Below are positions 1-9,609 of a DNA stretch of 64,000 nucleotides, piece after piece. Numbering within the stretch: position 1 is the stretch's first letter; each line of letters opens with the position of its first letter. The position numbers were made by a program, and so were the translations under genes. The notes below the pieces were generated by a model, which saw only the letters and a program-made list of their open reading frames with translations, ran no database searches and had not been told where the DNA came from. The stretch comes from Betaproteobacteria bacterium (GTDB taxonomy: Bacteria > Pseudomonadota > Gammaproteobacteria > Burkholderiales > SG8-39), in contig CANJJT010000010.1 of NCBI GenBank assembly GCA_947474715.1, forward strand, positions 2,746-66,745. Reading direction: 5' to 3'.

Positions 1-1770
1 CTGCGCCATGACTACTACCACACCAAGGCCGAGGACAACCGCATCTCGGTGGTGCCCATCACCCCCAACCGCGGCAACATCGTCGACCGCAACGGTGTGG
101 TTCTGGCGCGCAATTACTCCGCCTACACGCTGGAAATCTCGCCCGCCAAGGTAGGCGACCTGGAACGCACCATCTCCGAACTTGCGCAGGTCATCGACAT
201 CCGCCCGAGCGACCGCAACCGTTTTCGCCGCTTGATGATCGAAGCCAAGGGCGCCGATACCCTGCCCATACGCACCCGCCTCAGCGACGAGGAAGTGGCG
301 CGTTTTGCCGCGCAGCGCTACCGATTCCCTGGCGTGGACATCCGCGCCCGGCTGTTCCGCCAGTACCCCTACGCCGACCGTGCCTCGCATGCACTGGGCT
401 ACATCGGGCGCATCAATGAGCGTGATGTCGGCTGGATCGAGGAACAGGGCCTGACCTCCAACTACAAGGGCAGCGACCACATCGGCAAGACCGGCATCGA
501 ACAAAGCTACGAGCTCGAGCTGCACGGCACCACCGGGTACGAGCAGGTGGAGGTCGATGCCGGCGGTCGCGGCGTGCGCACCCTTTCGCGCACCCCGCCC
601 ACCTCGGGCAACAACCTCATCCTCACCCTGGACATGGGCCTGCAGGAAGTGGTGGAAACCGCCTTCGGCAACCGCCGCGGTGCGCTGATCGCCATCGAAC
701 CCGCCACCGGCGGCATCCTGGCCTTCATCTCCAAGCCTGGCTTCGACCCCAACCTGTTCGTCGATGGCATCGACCCGGTGGCCTGGAAGGAACTGAACGA
801 GTCACTGGACCGGCCGCTCAACAACCGCGCCCTCACCGGCATCTATCCGCCCGGCTCCACCTTCAAGCCCTTCATGGCGCTGGCCGCGCTCGAGTCTGGC
901 AAACGCACGGCCTCGCAGGCGATCGCCGATCCGGGCCACTTCGACTTCGGCGGCCGGCGCTTCCGCGACGACAAGGTCGGCGGCCATGGCATGGTGGACA
1001 TGTACAAGTCCATCGTGGTGTCCTGCGACACCTACTATTACGTCCTCGGCAACGACATGGGCATCGACGGCATCTCGCGCTTCATGGGGCAGTTCGGCCT
1101 GGGCTCGCCCACCGGCATCGACATCCGCGGCGAATCCTCAGGCGTGCTGCCCTCCCAGGAATGGAAGCTGAAGCGCTTCCGCCGTCCCGAACAGCAAAAG
1201 TGGTACGCCGGCGAAACCATCTCGGTGGCCATCGGCCAGGGCTACAACGCCTACACGATGCTGCAGCTCGCGCAGGCCATGGCAACCCTGGCCAACAATG
1301 GCGTGATGTACCGGCCGCATCTGGTGAAGTACGTGGAGAACGTCAACACCGGGAAACGGCGCATGGTCGAACCGCAGCCGATCAAGACCATCCCGCTCAA
1401 GCAGGAGAACATCGACATCATCAAGCGCGCCATGGCCGGGGTGAACCTGGAGGGCACCGGAGCGCGCGCCTTTGCCAAGGCCGAGTACACCAGCGCCGGC
1501 AAGACCGGCACGTCCCAGGTGATCGCCATCAAGGCCGGCGAGAAGTACATCGAGTCGCGCGTGGCCGAGCGCCACCGCGACCACGCCCTGTTCATCGCCT
1601 TTGCGCCAGTGGAAAGCCCGAAGATCGCACTGGCCGTGCTGGTGGAGAACGGCGGCTTCGGCGCCGCCGCGGCAGCCCCCATCGCGCGCCTGGTGCTCGA
1701 CTACTATCTGCTCGGCAAGAAGCCTGCAAAACCTGCCGAGGCCGACGAGGGGGCATCCAACGGTGGTTGA
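1..1770 (+). CDS. mrdA: Penicillin-binding protein 2 (peptidoglycan D,D-transpeptidase), 5' end outside window
   Basis: Frame 1 is open from nt 1. Transpeptidase motifs STFKP, SxD-like 'SCD' and KTGT are present. The gene lies directly upstream of rodA. Confidence 0.9.
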   Translation: MRHDYYHTKAEDNRISVVPITPNRGNIVDRNGVVLARNYSAYTLEISPAKVGDLERTISELAQVIDIRPSDRNRFRRLMIEAKGADTLPIRTRLSDEEVARFAAQRYRFPGVDIRARLFRQYPYADRASHALGYIGRINERDVGWIEEQGLTSNYKGSDHIGKTGIEQSYELELHGTTGYEQVEVDAGGRGVRTLSRTPPTSGNNLILTLDMGLQEVVETAFGNRRGALIAIEPATGGILAFISKPGFDPNLFVDGIDPVAWKELNESLDRPLNNRALTGIYPPGSTFKPFMALAALESGKRTASQAIADPGHFDFGGRRFRDDKVGGHGMVDMYKSIVVSCDTYYYVLGNDMGIDGISRFMGQFGLGSPTGIDIRGESSGVLPSQEWKLKRFRRPEQQKWYAGETISVAIGQGYNAYTMLQLAQAMATLANNGVMYRPHLVKYVENVNTGKRRMVEPQPIKTIPLKQENIDIIKRAMAGVNLEGTGARAFAKAEYTSAGKTGTSQVIAIKAGEKYIESRVAERHRDHALFIAFAPVESPKIALAVLVENGGFGAAAAAPIARLVLDYYLLGKKPAKPAEADEGASNGG

Positions 1771-1774
1771 CCGC

Positions 1775-2857
1775 ATGCTCCGCCGCATCGCTGACCCCAT
1801 AGACGGAACGCTGTTTGGCATCGTCATGGGCCTGGTGACGCTCGGGTTTATCACGCTGTACAGCGCCAGTTACGAAACACCCTCTCGGGTAATAGCCCAG
1901 GGCGGCAACCTGCTTTTCGCCATGGTGGTGATGTGGGTGGCTGCGCAGATTTCGCCGCAGCTGCTGATGCGCCTTGCTCCGCCCCTTTACATCATGGGCG
2001 TGCTGCTGCTGCTGGGAGTGACGCTGTTCGGTGACATCCGCAACGGCGCGCGGCGCTGGCTCAACCTCGGAATCACCAGCGTGCAGCCCTCGGAGATCAT
2101 GAAGATTGCCATGCCGCTGATGCTGGCTTGGTATTTCCACAAGCGCGAAGCCGTGCTGCGCTACTACGACTACATCGTCGCCGCAGTCATCCTGGCCATC
2201 CCGGTGGGCCTGATCGCCAAGCAGCCCGACCTGGGCACCGCGCTGCTGGTGGCGGCTGCCGGCTTCTACGTCATCTTCCTCGCCGGGCTGTCCTGGAAGG
2301 TCATCATCGGCATGGTACTGGCGGGCCTGGCCAGTGCGCCGTTGCTGTGGGGCACCCTGCACGATTACCAGCGCCGGCGCATCCTCACTCTCATCGACCC
2401 GACCGAGGATCCGCTCGGCTCCGGGTACCACATCATCCAGTCGACCATCGCCATCGGCTCCGGCGGCATCATCGGCAAGGGCTGGCTCAACGGCACCCAG
2501 ACGCACCTGGAGTTCATCCCGGAGCGCCACACCGACTTCATCTTCGCCGTGTTCTCCGAGGAATTCGGGCTCATCGGCAACAGCCTGCTGCTGGTGCTCT
2601 ACCTGGCGCTGATCGCGCGCGGACTGATGATGGCAGCCAGCGCACCGACCTTCTTCGCGCGCCTGCTGGCCGGCTCCATCATCCTCATCTTCTTCACCTA
2701 CGCCTTCGTCAACATGGGCATGGTGAGCGGCATCCTGCCGGTGGTGGGCGTGCCCCTGCCGCTGGTATCGTACGGCGGCACGGCACTGGTAACGCTGTTC
2801 TTCGGCCTGGGCATCCTGATGAGCATGCACAGGCACCGCAAGCTGGTCCAGACCTGA
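1775..2857 (+). CDS. mrdB: Rod shape-determining SEDS protein RodA
   Basis: ATG at 1775 lies 5 nt after the mrdA stop. The product is a polytopic membrane protein with FtsW/RodA-type sequence (…GDIRNGARRWLNLG…SEIMKI…PDLGTA…). The ORF-track start at 1601 is an overlap artefact. Confidence 0.9.
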   Translation: MLRRIADPIDGTLFGIVMGLVTLGFITLYSASYETPSRVIAQGGNLLFAMVVMWVAAQISPQLLMRLAPPLYIMGVLLLLGVTLFGDIRNGARRWLNLGITSVQPSEIMKIAMPLMLAWYFHKREAVLRYYDYIVAAVILAIPVGLIAKQPDLGTALLVAAAGFYVIFLAGLSWKVIIGMVLAGLASAPLLWGTLHDYQRRRILTLIDPTEDPLGSGYHIIQSTIAIGSGGIIGKGWLNGTQTHLEFIPERHTDFIFAVFSEEFGLIGNSLLLVLYLALIARGLMMAASAPTFFARLLAGSIILIFFTYAFVNMGMVSGILPVVGVPLPLVSYGGTALVTLFFGLGILMSMHRHRKLVQT

Positions 2858-2877
2858 TCACGCCAAGGAGGGAAACA

Positions 2878-3972
2878 ATGACAATGGCCAGGACATTCCC
2901 CCGCCCGTCGGCCAGCCCGGCATGGCTGATTGCACTGCCTGCCGCCCTGCTCGCGGGCTGCGGCGGACTGGGCCCGCGCATGATCGTCGATCCGTCCGCG
3001 CAGTCAGCAACAGGATCGGCGACGGCCACCAGGCCAGCCACGGCATCACCGGCAACGGCCAGCCGCTCCGGCGGCTATTACAAGGATGACGGCCCCGGCG
3101 AGAATCCGCCTGACCTCACCGCCATACGCGAGCCCGAACCACGCATCGAGCCGCTGCACCGCTTCGCCAACCGTCCCTACAACGTGTTCGGGGTCGGCTA
3201 CACCCCGCAGGTCGCGCTGCAACCGCATCGCGAACGCGGCCTGGGCAGCTGGTATGGCCGCAAGTTCCACGGCCAGAAGACCTCCAGCGGGGAAATCTAT
3301 GACATGTACGGCATGACCGCCGCACACCCGACCCTGCCCATCCCCAGCTACGCTCGGGTCACCAATGTCGGCAACGGCAACAGCGTCGTCGTGCGCGTCA
3401 ACGACCGCGGGCCCTTTCATCCGGGGCGCATCATCGATCTGTCCTATGCCGCCGCCTGGAAACTCGGCTACGTGACTGCCGGCAGCACGCCAGTGGAAGT
3501 GGAATTGTTCACCCCGGAACTGATTGCCGCACAGGCCGCCACGCGCCGCAATCCGGCAGCCACGGCCGTGGCACAGACCCGCCCGGCCTCTGCGGCGACG
3601 CTTGCCGCGGCCAAGCCGCCCGCGGCAAGCACCGCAACCACGGTGACAGCGATGGCCATGGTGCCGCCACCGGAGGCACGGGTGATAGCCGCCGCCAGGC
3701 CCGCTCCGCCAGCCCAGACCCTGCCGATGGAAGTGCGTCCCGCCGGGGTGTTCCTGCAACTGGCCGCCTTCTCCGCGCGCGACAATGCCGAAGCCTTTCG
3801 CGCGCGCCTGACGGGCCAGCTTGGCTCGCTCGCCGAGGGTATCGAGATTTTTCAACGCGACGGCCTGTACCGACTGCATGTCGGCCCCTATCGCGACCGC
3901 GGCGAGGCCGGCGGCATCGCCGAGCGCCTGCGCAGTGAACTGCAACTCAGTCCGATGATCGTGGTGCGCTGA
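2878..3972 (+). CDS. rlpA: Septal ring lytic transglycosylase RlpA family lipoprotein with C-terminal SPOR domain (copy 1)
   Basis: Lipobox LLAGC. DPBB core SWYGRKFHGQKTSSGEIYDMYGMTAAHPTLPIPSYARVTN…VRVNDRGP. Ala/Pro/Thr linker, then a SPOR-like C-terminus (VFLQLAAFSARDNAEAFR…). Confidence 0.85.
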   Translation: MTMARTFPRPSASPAWLIALPAALLAGCGGLGPRMIVDPSAQSATGSATATRPATASPATASRSGGYYKDDGPGENPPDLTAIREPEPRIEPLHRFANRPYNVFGVGYTPQVALQPHRERGLGSWYGRKFHGQKTSSGEIYDMYGMTAAHPTLPIPSYARVTNVGNGNSVVVRVNDRGPFHPGRIIDLSYAAAWKLGYVTAGSTPVEVELFTPELIAAQAATRRNPAATAVAQTRPASAATLAAAKPPAASTATTVTAMAMVPPPEARVIAAARPAPPAQTLPMEVRPAGVFLQLAAFSARDNAEAFRARLTGQLGSLAEGIEIFQRDGLYRLHVGPYRDRGEAGGIAERLRSELQLSPMIVVR

Positions 3973-3973
3973 G

Positions 3974-5026
3974 ATGAGGCGGGCACCTGTGCCTTCACTC
4001 ACCCGACATCCCTCCCCCCCATGCCCCCTGTCGAGCACGGCGGCCTACGGACTGCTGGCAGCGTCACTGGTCCTGCTGCTGGCGGGCTGCAGCGAGGTGC
4101 CAGTCCAGCGCGCACCGGATGCCCCGGGCTACGGCCATCGCCCACCGCCGATACAGACCGCCCAGATCCTGCGCCGTCCTGGCGGTTTCTACACCGACGA
4201 CGGCCCCGACGGCCCGGTGCCCGCCAGCCTCGCCAGCCAGGCTGATGCCGTGCCGCAGGCCGAACCGCTGCATGCCGGCGCCAATGAGCCCTATTCGGTA
4301 TTCGGCCGCGACTATGCACCGCTCAGGTCCGCCGGCGGCTACAAGCGCCAGGGCACCGCTTCGTGGTACGGCCGCAAGTTCCACGGCCAGCGCACCGTCA
4401 GCGGCGAGGTCTACGACATGTATGCCATGACGGCCGCCCATCCAACGCTCCCCATCCCCAGTTATGCACGCATCACCAACCTGGAAAACAACCGCAGCGC
4501 TGTGGTCCGCATCAACGATCGCGGGCCCTTCGGGTCCGGGCGCATCATGGATGTGTCCTATGCCGTGGCACTGAAGCTCGGCTTTGCCGAAACCGCACTG
4601 GCGCCGGTGGAAGTGGAAGGCATCGCCACGGGCGGCGAACTGCTGGTCGGAGCGCCGGTGCCGGTGCCGGCGCCATCACCGGCCAGCCCCGGCTTGAATG
4701 CCAATGCTGGTGCCAGGCCTGCTGCAACCGTACCCGCCGCCACGGCAGCCGCGCCGCGCGACGAGGCCGCCCTCATCGTATCGGCCAGCGACCGGCGCGG
4801 TATCTTCCTGCAGCTGGGGGCCTTCGGTTCGCGCGGCAATGCCGAGAACTTCCGCGACCGGCTGGCACGCCAGCTCGATTGGCTGGCCCGCCACCTGGAG
4901 ATCGAATTGCGCGCCAACCTCAACCGCGTCCAGCTCGGGCCCTACGCCACCCGCGCCGAAGCCAACGGCGTCGCCGAGAAAATACGTGGCGCCGTGGACA
5001 TCAAGCCCATCGTGGTGGTGCGCTGA
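3974..5026 (+). CDS. rlpA: RlpA family lipoprotein with SPOR domain (copy 2, tandem paralog)
   Basis: Lipobox LLAGC. DPBB core SWYGRKFHGQRTVSGEVYDMYAMTAAHPTLPIPSYARITN…VRINDRGP. SPOR-like C-terminus (IFLQLGAFGSRGNAENFR). The gene starts 1 nt after the copy-1 stop. Confidence 0.8.
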   Translation: MRRAPVPSLTRHPSPPCPLSSTAAYGLLAASLVLLLAGCSEVPVQRAPDAPGYGHRPPPIQTAQILRRPGGFYTDDGPDGPVPASLASQADAVPQAEPLHAGANEPYSVFGRDYAPLRSAGGYKRQGTASWYGRKFHGQRTVSGEVYDMYAMTAAHPTLPIPSYARITNLENNRSAVVRINDRGPFGSGRIMDVSYAVALKLGFAETALAPVEVEGIATGGELLVGAPVPVPAPSPASPGLNANAGARPAATVPAATAAAPRDEAALIVSASDRRGIFLQLGAFGSRGNAENFRDRLARQLDWLARHLEIELRANLNRVQLGPYATRAEANGVAEKIRGAVDIKPIVVVR

Positions 5027-6132
5027 TGCGCCGGCGCACCCTGGGCATCCTGGCGATACTGGGTCTGGCCGGCTGCGGCGGCCTGCTGGTCTCCTGCGCG
5101 GGCATGGGCAGCGGCCCGTTTGCCTATTACGACGAGACCAAGCCGCACCGGGCCCGCGAAGGCTTTCGCAACAACTACGCCGACCTCGGCACACCGGATT
5201 TCTGGAAATGGCAGAGGGAACGCATCCAGGCCGGCAAGCCGCCCCCCCCGCAGGAAACCACCCCACGCACCGAACCGGACGTCCCCTTCCTCAAGGCCAA
5301 TGCCACCGAACCCACGCTCACCTGGATCGGCCATTCCACGCTGCTGCTCCAGGTAGGAACCTACAACATCCTCACCGACCCGCATCTTTCCGCACGCGCT
5401 TCGCCGGTCAGCTTCTACGGCCCCCGGCGCATGGCGGCACCGGGGCTGGATTTCTCGCAGTTGCCGCGCATCGACATCGTGTTGATCTCGCACAATCACT
5501 ACGACCACCTCGACTCGACCACCGTACGCCAACTGGCCGCTCAGGAAGGCGGTTCGCCCATGTTCGTGGTGCCCCTGGGGCTGGAAAAATGGATGCGCGA
5601 CATGGGCGTGGACAATGTTGTGGAACTGGACTGGTGGGACCGCGTCGGCAAGGGCAGCCTCGACATCCACCTGGTGCCGGTGCAGCACTGGAGCCAGCGC
5701 ACACTGTGGGACCGCAACAAGACGCTGTGGGGCGGCTTCTATGTGCGCCACCACAGCATGAGCTTCCTGTTTGCCGGCGACACCGGCTACTCGCAGGACT
5801 TCGCCGACATCCGGAAGCGCCTGGGGGCCCCGGACATCGCCGCCATCCCGGTGGGCGCCTACGAACCACGCTGGTTCATGGGCGTGCAGCATGTCGATCC
5901 AGCCGAAGCGGTGAAGATCCATCAGGACCTGGGGGCACGTTACTCGGTGGGCATGCACTGGGGCGTGTTCGAACTGGCGGACGAATCACTCGACGAGCCG
6001 CCCCGGGCGCTATCGGTGGCCAGGGTCGAGGCCGGCGTGCCGGCTGACCGCTTTTTCGTGATGAAGCTGGGCGAGACGCGGCGCCTGGGCCCGATGCTGC
6101 GGCAGCGCGAACCTGCGCCCCCGGCGCCCTAG
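5026..6132 (+). CDS. MBL-fold metallo-hydrolase lipoprotein (NAPE-PLD-like Zn hydrolase family)
   Basis: The ATG overlaps the rlpA-2 stop (TGATG). Signal/lipobox is MRRRTLGILAILGLAGC. Metal motif ISHNHYDHLD. ORF-track residues upstream of 5026 overlap rlpA-2 in another frame. Confidence 0.7.
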   Translation: MRRRTLGILAILGLAGCGGLLVSCAGMGSGPFAYYDETKPHRAREGFRNNYADLGTPDFWKWQRERIQAGKPPPPQETTPRTEPDVPFLKANATEPTLTWIGHSTLLLQVGTYNILTDPHLSARASPVSFYGPRRMAAPGLDFSQLPRIDIVLISHNHYDHLDSTTVRQLAAQEGGSPMFVVPLGLEKWMRDMGVDNVVELDWWDRVGKGSLDIHLVPVQHWSQRTLWDRNKTLWGGFYVRHHSMSFLFAGDTGYSQDFADIRKRLGAPDIAAIPVGAYEPRWFMGVQHVDPAEAVKIHQDLGARYSVGMHWGVFELADESLDEPPRALSVARVEAGVPADRFFVMKLGETRRLGPMLRQREPAPPAP

Positions 6133-6228
6133 CGGCGCGCAGAAAACCGATTCCAGCGAAGCAGGCCTGGCAGCGATAACTGAGTCACAGCAAGGCCTGA
6201 TAAAGGGACGAAAATCTGCCCGCTTGGG

Positions 6229-6286
6229 GAAAATCCCCCCGCTGGCCTGCGGCCAGTCGGCCCCCTTTGACAAGGGGGTTAACACC
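6229..6286. repeat. Solo arm of the 58-bp inverted-repeat family (GAAAATCCCCCCG-hairpin-GTCGGCCCCCTTTGACAAGGGGGTTAACACC)
   Basis: Near-identical to the arms at 14261-14320, 14426-14483, 47227-47287 and 47423-47480. Identical to arm 47227-47287 across the variable hairpin. Confidence 0.75.
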
Positions 6287-6351
6287 GCCTGTCTTGCCGA
6301 GGTTGCTTCCCGAAAAATCAGCAAAGCGCCTTGGACAAGGGAGTCAGCCAG

Positions 6352-7203
6352 CTACAGCTTTTCCGGCAGTTCCAGCGCAGTCCATTCCATGTAACGCTGG
6401 GGATTGCCGCGGATATCCAGAAAGGCCGGCAGCGCAGCTTCCTTGTTGGCCACGGCCACGCTCAGGGTATAAGCCGGCCCAGCCTCCCAGTCCTTCGGCA
6501 GCACGTCACGGAATTTCTCCTGGAAACGATCCATGCCGAGCTGCCATTCGGCGTTCTTGTCCCCATGCGACTGATGGAACAGCAGGATCCAGCGGCTCAC
6601 CCCCACCTTCAGTCCGGCCAGATGGGCACGGAAGGCAAAGTCCGCGTCATACAGGTGAAATCCGTCGAACTGTTCCTGGTCAAAACGGACCTGCTCGGCC
6701 GCCTCGCGCCGCGCCGCGATGAACAGGCCGTCCAGGCCCTGTATCTGTGGCATCGGCTTGTCATGGAAATCGAACATGTAGAGCGTGTAGCTGTCCTTGT
6801 CCTCGTCTTTCTGCAGCACCTGGCCAAACAGCAGCGGCTGCCCGGCCGTCCCCCAGTAACCATCGACCATGCGCGAAGTACCCGCCACCCCGAAGACGTC
6901 GTATTGCTCGAAATCGGCCAGCAGGCGCTGGCCGAAATCGGCCTGCATGATCTCGATGTCGTCGTGGCAGAACACCAGCAGCTCGCCGCGGCTCATCTCG
7001 ATGCCCCGGTTATAGGCCGCCGTCAGCGACTTTGCGTTGCGCGCGCGCACCACCTCATACGTAATGCCGGTGACGCAGCGCGCGATGTTGCCGCAGAGGG
7101 CATCGAAGCGCTCGTCGTTGATGCTGCAGATGATGAAGGACAGGCGGGGACGTTCCACCTTCGCCTGCCTGCCCGTCAACTGCCTGAACAGATTCCCCAG
7201 CAC
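6352..7203 (-). CDS. Glycosyltransferase-like family protein (GT-A/GT2-like fold, function unknown), paralog 1
   Basis: N-terminal LSFIICSINDERF… and an acidic CHDDIE (DxD-like) motif, as expected for a GT-A fold. About half the residues are identical to the 8390-9253 product by eye. Confidence 0.55.
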   Translation of the reverse strand: MLGNLFRQLTGRQAKVERPRLSFIICSINDERFDALCGNIARCVTGITYEVVRARNAKSLTAAYNRGIEMSRGELLVFCHDDIEIMQADFGQRLLADFEQYDVFGVAGTSRMVDGYWGTAGQPLLFGQVLQKDEDKDSYTLYMFDFHDKPMPQIQGLDGLFIAARREAAEQVRFDQEQFDGFHLYDADFAFRAHLAGLKVGVSRWILLFHQSHGDKNAEWQLGMDRFQEKFRDVLPKDWEAGPAYTLSVAVANKEAALPAFLDIRGNPQRYMEWTALELPEKL

Positions 7204-7242
7204 TACGCCCCTCCCGGCGATGGGCTTGCAGCGGACGGCATG

Positions 7243-8205
7243 CTATTCCTTGAAGCCGATGGCCTTGATGATGGGCCCCCACTTGCCCTGCTCGGCGAGC
7301 ACGAACTTGCGGAATTCCTCGGGGCTGGAAGGAATCGGCACGGCAGAGACCTTGGCAAAGCTCTCGGCAACCGATGCCTGCTTGAGCGTCGCCACGGCCG
7401 CACCATGGATGCGCTGCTGGATCGCCTGCGGTATTGCAGCGGCGCCCACCAGTCCGTACCAGTTGTCAGAGTTCACTTTGGGCAGGCCCAGCTCGGCCGT
7501 GCTCGGCACATCCGGCAGGGCCGATGCGCGTGAACCGCTGGTCACGACGATGGACCTGATCTTGCCGGCACGGATGTGGGCCAGCACCACCGGCACGTCC
7601 AGCACCACCAGTTGCACCTGGTTGCCCAGCAGGTCGGTCACCGCCGGCGCCGCGCCCTTGTAGGGCACATGCACCATGTCCACGCCGGCTTCGAACTTGA
7701 GCAGCTCGCCGGCCAGGTGGGTGATGGTGCCGCCGCCGGCCGAACCAAAGCTCACCTTGCCCGGATTGGCCTTCAGGTAGGCAATCAGTTCCTTGAGGTT
7801 GTTGGCCGGCACCGAGGGATGCACGGCCAGCACCTCAGGCACCTTCACCACGGTGGTGATGAGGGCCAGATCCTTCAACGGGTCATAGGGCATCTGGCTT
7901 TGCGCAAAGGGCGCAATGGCCACCGCCGAACCGCTGTTGAGTGCCAGTGTGTAGCCATCCGGTGACGCCTTGGCCGCCTGGTCCACCCCCAGGGTGCCGC
8001 CTACGCCACCCTTGTTCTCGATCAGCACCGGCTGCTTGAGCAGGTTGTTCATGCCCTGGCCGAGCTCGCGCGCAAACAGGTCGGCGGGACCGCCGGCCGG
8101 GAAAGGCACGATGAGTTTGATCGGCTTGACCGGATAGGTCTGCGCCTGTGCTGCACCAGCCAGTAGCAGGCCGGCGGCAATGACTGCCGTGCTGAAACGT
8201 TTCAT
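7243..8205 (-). CDS. Bug family (TctC-like) tripartite tricarboxylate transporter substrate-binding protein
   Basis: Signal peptide, then the hallmark YPVKPIKLIVPFPAGGPADL… and …VPYKGAAPAVTDLLGNQV… GGAGG RBS. Confidence 0.85.
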   Translation of the reverse strand: MKRFSTAVIAAGLLLAGAAQAQTYPVKPIKLIVPFPAGGPADLFARELGQGMNNLLKQPVLIENKGGVGGTLGVDQAAKASPDGYTLALNSGSAVAIAPFAQSQMPYDPLKDLALITTVVKVPEVLAVHPSVPANNLKELIAYLKANPGKVSFGSAGGGTITHLAGELLKFEAGVDMVHVPYKGAAPAVTDLLGNQVQLVVLDVPVVLAHIRAGKIRSIVVTSGSRASALPDVPSTAELGLPKVNSDNWYGLVGAAAIPQAIQQRIHGAAVATLKQASVAESFAKVSAVPIPSSPEEFRKFVLAEQGKWGPIIKAIGFKE

Positions 8206-8302
8206 GGATTCCTCCTCAGGAACACTGCATAGGCGTCATGCACCGCCAGGGCGGCGCTGAGCGGATGGAACAGACTGGCGTGATTCAAGAGTGCCTGACA
8301 AT

Positions 8303-8324
8303 GCGAGGGGACACATCCCCTCGC
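8303..8324 (-). terminator. Perfect 9-bp-stem hairpin (GCGAGGGGA-CACA-TCCCCTCGC), possible terminator after GT-like paralog 2
   Basis: Palindrome read directly, 66 nt downstream of the 8390 stop. It has no strong U-tract. Confidence 0.3.
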
Positions 8325-8389
8325 GCTCGCCTAAGAAGCAAGATTAGCACGCGAGGCACAGGCGACCGGACTGCCTGGCCAGTGCCGGA

Positions 8390-9253
8390 TCAGCGAAAAA
8401 CCACTTCACCGCGCAGCACGCCCTCGAAGGCTGCCAGGCCCTGGGACTTGTCCGCGACGCGGACCTGAAAAACCTTTGGCGGCCCCGCCTCGGCACTGCC
8501 GTGCGCTGTCAGCTGCGCGGCGAACTTCTCCTCGAAGCGCAGTGCATGACGGCGCCAGGCCTCGCCCTTGTCGCCATGCGACTGGTGGTAGATAAGCAGG
8601 TCATGGCAGATACCCACCCGCAAACCTTTCAGAAAAGCGCGGTAGGAGAAATCCAGGTCGTACAGGTGGAATGCGTCGAACACGGTTTCATCGAAGCGCA
8701 GGGCTTCGGCCACATCGCGCCGCGCCGCGATGAACAGGCCGTCGATGGCCTGCACCGACACAGCCGGAACCCCAGCGCCGTGCTGACAGAACACGTTCAG
8801 CACATAGCCACCACCATCGCCATCGCGCCCGGCCGGCTGCAGCACCTGGCCGTGGATCGAGGGCGTGCCGGCGCTGATCCAGTGGCTGTCCTTGAGGCAG
8901 GTGGTACCCGCCACGCCCAGCACATCGCTGACTGTGAAATGCGCCTGCAGGCGCGCCCCGACATCGGCCTGCAGGAACTCGATGTCGTCGTGGCAGAAGA
9001 TGACGAACTGGCCGCGGCTCTGCGCCAACCCGCGGTTGTAGCCCTCCGCGAGGGAACGGGCGTCCGGGATGCGGATGAGTTCCCAGCGCTCGCCTTGCAT
9101 GCAGGCCTGCAGATTGGCGCTGACGCGCGCAAACCGCGCATCGTCGACGCTGCAGATCACAAAGGAAAACCGCAGCTTCTGTGGCGTCCGCGCCCCTGAT
9201 GGGGATTGTTTTCCCTGCAACAGACCGCGCAGCATTGCGAGCAGCACCGGCAT
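8390..9253 (-). CDS. Glycosyltransferase-like family protein, paralog 2
   Basis: FSFVICSVDDARF…, CHDDIE and …IDGLFIAARR…FHLYDLDF…HQSHGDK are collinear with paralog 1. Confidence 0.55.
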   Translation of the reverse strand: MPVLLAMLRGLLQGKQSPSGARTPQKLRFSFVICSVDDARFARVSANLQACMQGERWELIRIPDARSLAEGYNRGLAQSRGQFVIFCHDDIEFLQADVGARLQAHFTVSDVLGVAGTTCLKDSHWISAGTPSIHGQVLQPAGRDGDGGGYVLNVFCQHGAGVPAVSVQAIDGLFIAARRDVAEALRFDETVFDAFHLYDLDFSYRAFLKGLRVGICHDLLIYHQSHGDKGEAWRRHALRFEEKFAAQLTAHGSAEAGPPKVFQVRVADKSQGLAAFEGVLRGEVVFR

Positions 9254-9603
9254 TCTCCCGACTGACCAAACTGCGCGGGAGTATAAGCGGGCGCTACGGG
9301 CAGCCAGCCAGCAGTGGCGGGTGCGGCGCTTTCCGCGCCGAATGAATCAGCGCCGAGGGATCAGGGCAGGCGCGATGCCGGTACCGCCGCGCCGCCGGTA
9401 CGAGCACCCGCGCCAGCATCCGTACGTGCGCGCAGGTCGATCACGCATTGTTCACCCGGCGAACATTCCGGAAATCCGCCGAAGAATCGGGCAGAAGCTG
9501 GCGAAACATGGCTTGCTCGTGACAGGAAATGGCAGCCGGATGATGGGTGCATTCCCCCTCTGTGGATGCCCCGGCCGGAGCCGGGAAAGCAGCACCCCGC
9601 TGC

Positions 9604-9609
9604 TATAAT
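9604..9609 (+). promoter_or_regulatory. Candidate -10 hexamer (TATAAT) upstream of dacC
   Basis: Perfect TATAAT in otherwise GC-rich DNA, 28 nt before the 9637 ATG. No convincing -35 element. Confidence 0.2.

Noticed and set aside
2128-2877. Long N-terminal extensions in the ORF track: rlpA-1 from 2128, MBL hydrolase from 4363, lipB from 12107, rodA from 1601, glgX to 40990, Bug to 16432, ADH-like from 17516, glk to 34872, and others.
   Set aside because: The extensions overlap the upstream gene in another frame and have an Arg/Pro-rich composition. An internal ATG or GTG preceded by an RBS gives the canonical N-terminus (signal peptide, lipobox or known motif).
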